In this document: one piece after another, positions 52,675 to 64,000 of the stretch | Layout: every line of letters starts with the position of its first letter | Numbering within the stretch: the stretch's first letter is position 1 | Made by a program: the position numbers and the translations under genes | Notes under the pieces: generated by a model | The model's database searches: none | What the model was told of the DNA's origin: nothing | What the model saw: the letters and a program-made list of their open reading frames with translations, nothing else | NCBI RefSeq assembly: GCF_036321535.1 | Contig: NC_087436.1 | Span: forward strand, 61,568,001 to 61,632,000 | DNA length: 64,000 bases | Direction: 5' to 3' | Origin: Camelus dromedarius | Lineage: Eukaryota

Positions 52675-55600
52675 TTTATCAACCATAAATTTGGTCAGAA
52701 TGCTAGTAGAATACAGAAGGCACAAAGTGTTAACTGATGTGAATTAAAGGAAAGGACTAATTATGGAGACATAGGCAGAATTAAGAGAAGCAAAAAGCGA
52801 TGGTGAAGCATTCGGTGACCCTCAACAATGGAAAGCCATGACTACTCCGAAGCCTTCTGGGATAAGGATAACAAGTGATACCCATCAGAGCCCAGTAATG
52901 GCTGTGGCTGTGGGAGATGGGCTGCCCAATAGTAGTAGACACACATAGGGGAACACAGCCACTGTCAAAATCATGGGTTGAGAGGAGCTGATATGTGGAA
53001 GAAATCAGTACCTAATAACTTTGTCCTCTTACTCCTTTTCTCCTGGTAGTACCTCCTATTAATTGAAACCAACAAGGTGCCAGAAGATGAGCTACCAAGT
53101 GATACGGTTCTGAGCTAAAGATCAGGGCAAATAATAGATCAAGAAGTGTAAAAGCAAATGCAGACTATTCAGCACAGTTCATCCTCCCCACCCCCCCAAT
53201 TAGCAATCATTCCCATTCTTCATTTAGATACACAAATCTGAGATGCAAGGGAAAAAAGGATCCTCAAACATAGAGGAAACATAAAGTCTTATTAATTACA
53301 TTATCACCTTTGGAATATGTCAACGTAGCAAGAATTTCATCAGGAACTTTAATTGGTAATGTTACTGAAGAGCATCAGTGCCCTTTGTATAGAGTGTCAA
53401 TATCAGGAATGAATGGAAAGGAGAAACATAATGATTAATATAAAACATAGCTGATGATAGTGTCCACTTCTGTAACAAATTATAATGCTTAGGTTATAAG
53501 GCTTGTTGGAATTATAGCTTCATTCTTTGATCACTAGTTTTATGTTCCCTTTATTTCCAGCCAACATCAGTTGGTGGTTTTTTCTTGTTGGCATGACCCA
53601 AATCTTCACTCCTATAGAACCCAAGTCTCTAGTGGCCCTAACTAGATTATATTGCCCCAATTTCCCATTGGCAATTAGTGAAAGAATGGCTGTATTAACA
53701 GATGCCACAGCGAGTTGCCTGGATTTCAAAATTCTCTTTGTCCCACTAGCTGAAAGCAATCAAATATCTCCTTGGTAATTGAATTAGTTAATCAAACCAG
53801 TACTCAGGCCTCTTTCTTTGCCAGTTAGTTCATCAAAATGAGGAGCCCAATATAGCCTGAGGTCAGTCTCAGTTTCTATTTCAGTGGAATCATGACTGTA
53901 TACTTTCCTGGTGGAAGCATCACTTTTCCAATCCCACTGAGGTTGCTTCTAGTGCACTATTGGGTGTAATAGTAAGAAGATCTATTCCCACATCTACTCC
54001 AGTTTCCCAGACCCAAGCATTCTATCTACAGAGGAGATGGAACTGTTTATTGTCTACTAGCTTAAAGCACATTCCACATCATGTAAAGAGCATTACAAAC
54101 AAATAGGGTTTCTTCACTTACCAAGTGCCTTTCTTGAGCCTTTGGTGACTAATTCATCACTTTATCCACCAGTTTATCTCTGGGGAATGTGATAAGACTA
54201 GAGAACATGTTCAGAGGGGCACATTGCTATATTTCTTTCACTGTAAAATATGTCCCCTCAGCAAAAGTGATTTTTTTTTTAGGATACTAAAGTGATGAAT
54301 AAGGCATTTAGTTGGTCCTTGCATAGCAATATCGGTAAAGTTTTGCAGACAAAAGAAAATCTATTTTTGGAATCTGAGTATATTCCCATGAGAACAGCCT
54401 TTGTGATAAAATGGTTCTAAAGGACTCAGCTTTCATCTGGTAAATAGATAGCTCCACTGGAAATGGTCATATTGGGGGCCTAGCATTTGCTTCTGCTGTT
54501 GGCATCTTGGATACTCAGCATTCCTTGTGACCAGATCAGTCTTACTGAAGGGAAGTCTATGTTGTCTATGCTATTGAGCCTGCATATAGCCTCCATCCCT
54601 GCCACTATGGCCACTTTGTAAATGGGCCCATTAAACAAGCAATTTAGCGGCCAAGGATAGAAGCTGACTTATATCTGCACAATAGGTAATTTTTTTTTCA
54701 CTTGATTGGTGAGTGCCTTCACTTCACTGGAGAGAATTTATGTGGCCCATGAATATTTTCACACTCTGTGCTCATTCTGAAATGTTTAGTCACAATCCTG
54801 TCTTCTAGATTCCCTTGTCACTTGTTTTCCAATCTTGTTTTTTTTTTCCCAAAACATGTCCAACAACTAACCTTTTATCTGCTGACTATGGATTAATGTA
54901 GATTTTACATCAGGTCATCCACCTTTCCTTCCAGCTCTCCACAGAAAGTGGAGATATACTGACCCAGATATACTGACCCAAAATCCTCACCCCAATTTTC
55001 AGGGTTTTACTTCTTTCTAACTAGTGTCTTTAAAGTTAGCACGAGAGATCTGAAGTAATTGTACATATAACTGGCACTGCATCTCTATAGCCCTTACAAT
55101 CAGGCTTTGGTTCTGATCCACAGTCATTCTGCACTCCAGGTATGTGAGAAAAGCTTCATAGTGGTTTTCTGTACTTTAAAAAAGAATTTCAGACTTTGAG
55201 TTAATTTGTGTGTGTGTTTGTCTGTCAGTCAGAAATGGCAAACATATTCCAATTTTTTACATCAACTATGTCAACATAACAGCTAAATGACACAGAAAAT
55301 TGATCTCCCAAAGCCCCTTTGCATTGCACTCCATCTCTTGCCACCTGTGACAATTTGAGTAACCTTGTTGCCACTGCAACCATGAAGTGCCAGTGTCCTG
55401 ATGCCCCCTAGCAGAGAGATTATCTGTGTGCTCATCAAATATGTGAGACATCAAACCTGAAATTCAGATTTTAGAGTTTATTTCCTGGCATATTCCTGGA
55501 AAATTCTTGTATCAGGCTCTGGAAAGAAATTGTTGACATATTCAAGGACTTCATTAGCAAAGTATAAAGTTGACATTACAAAGTGAGGTCAGGGTTAAGG

Positions 55601-55987
55601 GCAACAACAAGAAAGGATAAAGCCCCCTGGAATTAGCAACAATTATTATGGAACAGTTACCAAGAACTAGCTGTTATCAAGCCTAGTTTTAAGGGGAAAA
55701 GTAGGGAGCAATGTTTGGGGAACTTATTGAGAGGAGACAGTAGACTGATTGATGACCAAGTGGAGAGGATTCTAGCCATTATTAACACTGCAGGCCAATA
55801 GTGAGAAGCTACTGGGCTCTCTCTTGATTCCTGCTCGCGTTCCAGTGCCTCATATTGGTTGAACGCAACTGGAAAACAAAGGGGAAAGGATACTGACTGA
55901 TGCAGTCTGCAAAGTTCAGCAACCAAGGCACAGAAAAGGGTGGGGACTTCATTCATCTGGAAGATTAGATAGAGTAAATGCAGCATA
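52675..55987 (-). mobile_element. Internally deleted ERV-L class provirus with two LTR33-like LTRs (52675-53176 and 55508-55987)
   Basis: Two same-orientation related LTRs; internal antisense remnants of dUTPase (MLPPG..MIPLK*KLRLTSGYIGLL), IN C-terminus (NGKLGQ..GVKIWVMP..GNKGN) and a gag-like start near 55300-55400. Confidence 0.8.
53520..53930 (-). pseudogene. Degenerate ERV-L dUTPase / integrase C-terminal coding remnant
   Basis: Resembles ERV-L MLPPGDTTMIPLNWKLRLPPGHFGLL and VNGKLQQP..GMKVWVTPPG; contains stops and frameshifts. Confidence 0.75.
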
Positions 55988-56199
55988 AAGCCCAGATTAA
56001 TTATGTTTTTGACTAATAAATGGATTCTTTTGGATTGGCATATTTTTGTTTTATTCTTTTAGCCACAAATCTACACATTTTTTTTGATTAAACTAAAACT
56101 TCCTCATTTGAGGTTGAGAGACACAGAAAAGTGTGCTGATTTACTGCTAGTCACTGGAATATAGGCAACATGAGGGTGGGGGATTCTCTGCTCCAGTCC

Positions 56200-56650
56200 T
56201 GCATTAGTTTGCTCAGGTAACAAAGTACCACAAACTGGGTTGCTTAAATAACAGAAATGTATTGTATCACAGTTCTGGAGATCACAAGTCTGAGATCAAA
56301 GTGTTAACAGGGTTGGCTCCTTCTGAGGGCTGTGAAGGAGAATCTGTTCCACGCCTCTCCTCTTCCGTGGTGGTTAGCTGGAACTCTTTGGTGTTCTTGG
56401 CTTGTATAAGCATTGCCCCAGTCTCTGCTTTCAGTTTTACAAAGTGTTCTCCATTTGTGTGTGTCCAAATTTCTCCTTTTTATAAGGATACCAGTTATAT
56501 TGAATTAGGGGCCCACTCTACTCCAGAATGACTTCATCATAAATAATTGCTTCTATAATAACTATTTCCAAATAAAGTTACATTCTGAGGTACTGAGGGT
56601 TAGGACTTTAACAAATGAATTTTGACGGGAACACAGTTCAACCCATAACA
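56200..56650 (-). mobile_element. MaLR solo LTR, MLT1C-like
   Basis: taacaaagtaccacaaactgggttgcttaa ... ctatttccaaataaag ... ttcaacccataaca. Confidence 0.9.
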
Positions 56651-57629
56651 AATCATAGTATCTAATACAATCTATGGCCCCTAGTAGATATCCAATAAAT
56701 ATCTTCAGATAAATATATGAGTAGTAGAAGAATAGATGAGAACCCATTTATCTATTTTTTAAATTCTGGGGGTGTTAAATCTTATGCTCTATCCATTAAA
56801 CTACATCTGATTGTCCTGAAAACTATTAATTTAAGGAACTTGAGCTTGTATCAGACAGGTTCTTCTATTTTCCCCTAATGATTAATTAGTGATATGAGAA
56901 CTGTGTACTGTATTGGGTAATAAATCCTTCTACTCAAGTTCTACCTCTGGCAGTGTCCGTTCAGCCAGTTTCAGAGACAGAAATTTCTCACCCCCATAAA
57001 TGTCATTCTGACCTCTGAATGATCAGTTTACTTCCTGCATCATGAGATTTGATTAAAAAATTATTGCTTGTGCTAGTTACCTGTAAGTACTTTTGAGGCT
57101 CATAAAATAATCCAATCACTTTCAAATCTAATTTCAATATTTATCCCAGTGATAACCTGTGCATAAGAACAATTAAGGTAATTTTTGCCAACACCCTCTG
57201 AGTCATTTATCCAAGTTAATTTCATTTGCTGTCCTGCTGCCTGTGCTGCTACCTTCTACATTTAAATCTATCTTTACTTTCTAAAATTCACAGGCAGCCT
57301 TTTCTTTTCCAACATCTAAAATTCAAAGGAAGCCTTTCTTATTCCAATAAATACTCTCCAATATTTTTGAACATGGAAACAAAGATTCTGGTATTTTCAG
57401 TTTCCCTATCTAATTTTCTCCTCTGCCAAATCCTGAATAGCAATAATGAGTTTATAAAGCTTTTCTGCAGGAGTCCATCCATAGTTCCTTACAATGCCAT
57501 GCTGTGTAACAGACCCGTGGAGTTAGAACCCAATTCTTGAGCTAGGAATTTAGATATTCAATAAGATAAGGTTATATATCATTATGTTAAGCAAGTATTA
57601 AATTTTTTTTTGTAATTATTTAGCTGTTA

Positions 57630-57800
57630 TTTGTTCCTTTCATCTTCACTACAACTTTATTACAAACTTCATTTAACACATAGGGAAATTTTTAGAGAGA
57701 TTAATTAATCTGCTGGCAGACATGGCTCAGTAGTGGTGGCAGAATTAGATTTAGAACTACAGCTGTCTGCCTTCAGAGCCCACCGTCACTTATGTCATCA
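57630..57800 (-). mobile_element. MIR SINE
   Basis: catcttcactacaac...gtggtggcagaattagatttagaac...tgtctgccttcagagcc. Confidence 0.6.
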
Positions 57801-57899
57801 CCTACTATTTAAGAGCAATTCAACACAGTAGCAGGCTTGACCTTTCTCTAACCATATCTGCTTTTTTTTGGCCTTGAACTCTCTTTGTCCAGATAAGTA

Positions 57900-58225
57900 G
57901 ATAACTCCTATTTATCCTTTGGGTTTCTGCATTGACATCAATTATGCAGTGATAACTTCCCTGCTCACACTTGGTGGAATTTATTTCACTCTCAGTTCCC
58001 TGTTTAATGTATGTCTTCCTTATGAGGTGGTAAACTCTGTTAGGGCAGGGATTGTCTCTGACTTTTTAACCACCATATCTTCAGCACAAAGTATAGTTCT
58101 TGACTGTGCTCCATGTATGTTCTTAGATACACAGATGAATAACAACACATACATCACTATGTTTGTTTTGCACAGGGCCTAGAGCACAAAGATACAGTCC
58201 TGCAAGTAGTGCACTCAATAAATCC
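57900..58225 (+). mobile_element. L2 3' end fragment(s)
   Basis: gtaaactctgttagggcagggattgtctctg; gcactcaataaat. Confidence 0.6.
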
Positions 58226-58785
58226 CAAGAAAAACTTAGACAGAACAGTTAAGATTTGTAAAGAAAGCACCCCTTTCTTCTCAAATATTCTGAAAATTGA
58301 TACAGGAGATAATAGCACAATATCTATTTCAGAGGCCATTTAGACTCCATGAAATGCTATAAAAACATACACATATATAACACATAATACTCTTCTCTGC
58401 AGAGCTATAAAAAATTGATGCATTTGATTAAAATAAAAATTAGTGCTCCAAAAGACACTAGCTTGGAGTAATATTTTCAATTTTAATTAGGATTCTTATT
58501 GTTCACAACATATGTTCTTATAAACATTAAACCTATGCTTTGCATCTCCCATTTTAGAGACCACAGTTTACTATTAGATTAGATCTATGTAAAATTTACC
58601 TTAATATGATTTTAATGCAAGCATGAATCACAAATAAGAAATAAAATGGTTTTCATTTAAGCATATCAAATTATTAGTTCATAGTAGGATGACTAAACAT
58701 AATATATTAACACTTGATGCCTATTACTATGGAAAACCCACAGGTATTAGTTCTTCAAATTTATATCTGATAAATAACTTCTAGT

Positions 58786-58952
58786 CAAGTGGTTCTGAAC
58801 ATCAGAAATATTTAGAGGAGCATTACAGGATAACATAAATGATATTACCTCATTCCTGTATATTCTTAATATGTTTGGGTTAGAGCTATGAAATTCACAC
58901 TTTTGAGGAATTCTCCAGTGCTTCAGATTTTCACATGGGTTTGGGAATAACC
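58786..58952. mobile_element. MER5-like hAT-Charlie element
   Basis: Ends caagtggttctgaac and gtttgggaataacc; internal catcagaa...ggagc. Confidence 0.5.
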
Positions 58953-60799
58953 AAACTCTTCAATAACAAGACAGCAAATCTGATTTTGTTTCATACATAA
59001 ACCACTTCTTAATGATGATACATTAGTAACTTGGGGAGTTGAATTATTTCATACAGCAGTCACTCAAACTTTCACCATTCTTTTTCCAACCAAAATATAG
59101 GGGCCAGGAACTTTAATTCATCCTTTATTCAAATAAAATGGGATGTAAGAATAGGTGGTAATCTTGGCTGAAATTAATATAATAGCACTTGTGTGCAATT
59201 ATTTTATGCAGTGAATGCTGCTCTAGGGACTACATTTCAAACTGTAGTAGGAGGCCACATAAAACTCAATTTTCCTCTTACATGTATCTCTCCTCAACAT
59301 GTGCTTTTCTTTTAAAAGCAGAATAAAGATTCATGACCAGAAAATTGAAGCTTAAAATGTATATGAGGAGTATGTAATTTTCAAATCTTAATTTTGCTGT
59401 TTCTTAACCTAAATCCCAAATTACTTTCAAAAGCCTCCATTACTCCTGTATTATATAATGCTTCATTTAAGAAGCCAAGTTTTGGAAGAAAGTGTAGGAG
59501 AACTTTACTTAGAGCCATTATACAAGAATACCAGGACTTCCTTAGCCAAACTTCACAGAATTGATGCACAAAGAGATGGAGGTGGGATGGGAGAGAGCTT
59601 TTATTTCTCATGAATGCTTTTTTTCCTCTTTGAAATGCTATATTTAACTGTGAAACCATTTTCTAGGTCCCAACAGTATTTGTGTGAACCAGGAACTCAA
59701 TAAGTGTTTTTCCTACAGCAGTCTTCAAAGTGTTTGATTGAAGTGTTAACAATGACAGACAAGGCAGCTTAGAGCAGTGTTTACTGTGATGGAGTGGCAT
59801 TAGTCATAGCCAATCCTGGATGAAGCTACATGCAGATCACATATTATATAGTTGGTTTGGGGAAAAATGATTTTCTTTGTTAAACAGGATTCACAAAATC
59901 TGATGGCTCATCTTTTTGTGTCAAATTGGATTAATTTCTAAAAATCTTCATGTCTCAATTTTCTTTCCTAAAAATTGAGAATCAATAGGTTAGTTTGGAA
60001 GTTGGGGAAGATGAGTTTTCAGATTTGTTCCTTAAAGTTTTTCGAGTTTTATACTGTACAGTCCTAGGAAATAATTTATGATGGTCTTGGGAACCAGGAA
60101 AGAAGATAAAATAGAGATTTTCCTTTTTCCGAACATTTTCCAATTCTCTTTTTAATTGGGAAAACAATTTAGTTCTTAGGTCCTAAATACTGTCCCAGCA
60201 ATTTGATTTGTTATGTAATGACAGCATACAGCACACATATTAGAGAAGTCTGAATCACTATTTCAAATTGACCTTTCCTACTTGTCAATTTAACATTTGA
60301 GGTTTCAGCCAATTTCCTATAACCATAAATGTTTGTGTCATGCAAAAATGTATTATTTCGACAAAGCACAAACTTGAATTCTATGTGATGTTATACTGGA
60401 GCCTGTCACTGAGAAAGGCACTTGGCCAGCTGGGTTTCAGGTCATCTTTGGGCTTCAACTCATTGTCACTCCTGAGATAAGTGATTTCAGGTCACAAGTG
60501 CTTTGTACTTTATGAAAAAAGTAGCTAAAAAATAAATTTTGTACAAGTTAAAAGGTAGTTAAGTTGAAATGTATGTATGGAAAAAATATGCTTTTGCTTG
60601 GAAATACAGTTTGAAAAAAGCTAAGATCCTGTAGCCACATTTTCACATTTGTGAAGGCATCAAGATTTATCATCTCCTGAATGCCAAATGTCTCAGGTAG
60701 AAGTCTCTACTTCGGTAGGATGAGATTTATTACTTCTTTTTATGAGAGCTGTCATTGAACTTTGTTGCACTTTCAATTCAAATTATTTTTTAAAAGAGA

Positions 60800-61012
60800 G
60801 CTAGCATTTATTGTTAATAATGCTATACTGCACATTGTGCTAAGATGCCTAAGACATCTCATACTTCTTCTTCCTTAAACAAACTTACAGACAGGTCCAC
60901 ATTATAGACCTCATTCTAGAGCCGGGGCAACTGAAGGTCCTCAGAGGGTCCAAAAGGATCAGTTGCTCCCACAGCCGGTGCCAGGGCAGGGCTTTGAACC
61001 CCCTTCTATCTA
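60800..61012 (-). mobile_element. MIR SINE
   Basis: ctagcatttattg...cctcattctagagccggggcaactgaagg...gggctttgaaccc. Confidence 0.7.
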
Positions 61013-63284
61013 GTCAATTCAAATTTAAAAGTGGGAATAATTTAACCTGCATTATTCTCAATTTTTCTGTATGTGCCACTATTAGAATGGTAAATTTTAA
61101 TAGTATGCTTCTCTGATAGTATGCTTCATAGGATTGAGTTCCTTAGGCAACTCTCTTCTACTCTCAGTGATTAAAAACTTAGTCATAAAGAGGTTTGATT
61201 TGAAGCTATGGTTATTAAACACACACAGACACACACATATACATACACACACTCAGGTTTTAGGATTTTAAAGAATTTATGAGGCCTGTGTGTATAACTT
61301 TGAAGGATGAGAAACTATGTATTGAAATATGCATTTGTATTTTTCTAGCTTGAAGGAATAGAAGATAAGAGTTTGTGTCTATGCCAAAATTACAGAAAGT
61401 AAAAAGTAAAGACATTGATATGAAAAAGAGCAATTCATAGGAGTAAGTTACATGGTATAGAGAAGAAAACTGAGTTTTGAATCTGCATTCTAGTTGCATT
61501 TATAAGAATGAATGACAAGAAAATATGTCTTAATAAGGAGATCTGACTGGGATGCATGTAAATAATGTTCAAATAAAAAGTACATATATGATTTAGAAAT
61601 GATTAATCAAGTGAAAATCTCAAAAGAATTAAGATTAGCTTCTCAAACTTCTGAAAATGTTTTCCCCTTCCCCAAGCATTCTGCTCTTCTTGAGATCCCT
61701 GTTTGGCATATCTTTAACATTTAAGTTGACTAATATAAATTTTTATTATCCTTAACATAATCAGTTTTTCAAAACACTAAGATGGATATTTCAGTAAGTT
61801 ATTGGCAAATAGAAAGAAAGGGAATGGAGAAAAGAATATTAGAATGTTCAAATTCCTTTGAAAAGAATGGCAAATATCCATAATAATAGTGAAAATAATA
61901 ATATGGAAAATCAGTCAAAAAATAAGAATAATAGGACAGAACAAAATGACAGAAATTTAGGAAAAATGCATGATTGTCTGAAATAGATTTTTGTGCAACT
62001 TACAGAAGACATTATTAAATAGTTAAGGAAATTTGCCCAAAAAGTTTCAACTACTGAGCTGAGATGCTAAAAGGTGAACTTGGGAAATGGACAGAGAATA
62101 AATGAAAGAACTGAGTTGATTGTAGAAGACAAAGAGAGGATAAAACAATGCAAAGCGATTAGCAAATACATTTGTAAGTATTGACAAAGAGAACATTGGA
62201 AAATGTCAAGTGCTTCATAAAATATGATGGAACAAAGTTACAGTTCTCCTAGGAGCATATAATCAGGATATTTATAGATTCAAAACAAATTGAAACAATG
62301 CCAAGAGATACAGGGAAGTCCACAGAAATGCAAATGGGAGATGCAGGTAGGTGACAAGAGTTTGTGCAATGGAGGCTAATAAATAGCAACGATGAAACAA
62401 GGAAAGAAGTAATTTAGCACATTTCAGACATGAAACACATAGAATGCTCCTGAATCTGGAACAATTGTGACCAGTGAGGCAACTTGAGGACAAATTTGTT
62501 AATATCTCATCCTTTCAGACTTCACCAAAAATGTGTGGAATCCATTATCCAGTTATTTTATAGGATTCTATAGACTGCTAAATGTTTTACAAGTTCTTTT
62601 GGACTTTTTGTCTATGGCCAGAACGCTTAGTTGAGAATAGGTTTAGGTGTGGGTGAAAAACAGACAGCAGAGCCTCTGAGTTACTCACTTTGTTCCATTT
62701 CCTTCATCTGTGATCAGCTTCCTGGTTTTTCTAGTGTTCTGCTAATTTAGTGTCAGCTCTTAGATATATAAATGGTATCTTTCTCATCTTCATTTGGGGG
62801 AATTAGGGACATACAGAGAAAAATAAATTGGACACATCCAAATGCTGACAAACACATCATTTTTAGGGCTTTTATCAAATATCTTACTTAGTTCTTGAAA
62901 CATTCATTGGATAGTTAGTCTACATGAATCAGATTCTCCCTTTTCTAGCCTCTAGCATATCTACATTATAGCAGCATTAAAATCTGAAAATATAACATTA
63001 ACAGTCTTAACGAGAGCTGGCTGGGAAGCATGTGCATGTGGAAAAAATCTCCAACTAACTGATATGAAAATGTAAGAATCTGTGCTGCAATGGCCTTGGC
63101 ACAACGATTAATTTAAATTAATTTCCTTATATATAAGCACATACAAGCTTAACTTGAGTGTAATTACAGTGTAGATTACAAAGTTTTCTTCTTTCAACAT
63201 GCTTTGTAATAATCATGATAATGCTGTATAATATTTTTAAATTGCTTCTTAATGTTTGCTTAACATTTCATTGAATATTAGGAA

Positions 63285-63803
63285 ATGCTCAAAATAATTA
63301 ATCTCTGGAAAAATTAAAACCCCATTGAGATAATACTGCATAACCACAAGAATAACTAAAATGAAAAAGACTGGCAATATTATACTTTAGTGAGGTTGAG
63401 GAACAAATGTAACTTTTATGTATTGCTAGAAGAAATGTAAAATGCCACAGGCCAAGTTAAAAAATCACTTAGAAATATATCGTAGAATTTACAGTACACT
63501 TACTACATGACCCAGAAATCCCACTTATAGATATTTACCCATGAACAATAATCATATATGTTGACACAAAGAGTTTTATATTTGTAAGACTATAATCCAA
63601 AACTGGAAACATCCCAGATATCCATCAACTGATAAATGGGTGAACACATCTTGGTATAGCTATATGAAAGAATGCTACTCAGCAAAATAGGGAACAAATT
63701 ACTGATAAAGGCAACAACATATATGAAGCTCCAAAGAATTATGGTGAGCACAAGAAGCCAGACATAAGACTAGGTAATATTATTCCATTTTTATGGAATT
63801 TAT
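63285..63803 (+). mobile_element. Ancient L1M ORF2-end/3'UTR fragment
   Basis: catgacccagaaatcccacttatagatatttaccc; aaactggaaacatcccagatatccatcaac. Confidence 0.85.
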
Positions 63804-63805
63804 GA

Positions 63806-64000
63806 ATGGTATTATTTTATTCATTTCAAGCTCCAATTTTTAGATGCTAAAAAATGTAAATGCAATCACTTTTAGTGTAATGACAAGTTCTACAACCTTG
63901 GTACACACATTTGTAAGTTTTCATAGTTACCGTATATGTTCCTTAGGATGTCCAATACAGGCATAATCATATCATCTGAGAATGAGGAAATTTTACTTTG
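63806..64000 (-). mobile_element. Ancient L1 ORF2 RT fragment (runs off the window)
   Basis: Antisense ttctcagatgatatgatt encodes FSDDMI, matching L1 FADDMI. Confidence 0.7.

Noticed and set aside
62278..62346. Possible exon ending GATGCAG|gtaggt
   Set aside because: Weak acceptor and unrecognisable peptide.
1..64000. CRISPR array, operon, prokaryotic or viral insert, intact retroelement ORF or novel multi-gene system
   Set aside because: No regularly spaced repeats and no ORF over 184 aa; all recognisable coding remnants are broken L1 or ERV-L sequence.

Overview
AT-rich mammalian nuclear DNA, intergenic or deep-intronic. I recognise no host protein-coding gene, intact RNA gene or CpG island. 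Much of the window is ancient eutherian interspersed repeats: MIR, L2, old L1M, MaLR MLT1 LTRs, ERVL MLT2/LTR40/LTR33, and hAT and Tigger DNA transposons. There are also a few younger cetartiodactyl-type L1 fragments. One L1 3' end looks camelid-like, and I saw no Alu, Bov-tA/BovB, PRE-1, SINEC or B1/B2, so a camelid source is plausible (inference). The only ORFs with recognisable homology are retroelement remnants (L1 ORF2 RT, ERV-L dUTPase/IN/gag). The most notable items are: a tailless 5'-half tRNA-Gln(CTG) retrocopy with a perfect 17-bp target-site duplication and a 7-nt possible pre-tRNA leader (26576-26650); a TSD-flanked orphan A-rich microsatellite; a rearranged L1; a two-LTR ERV-L remnant; and a candidate 10-nt minus-strand microexon. 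I found no evidence for a new multi-gene system. Repeat family names come from my recall of consensus sequences, not from a search; boundaries of old repeats are approximate.
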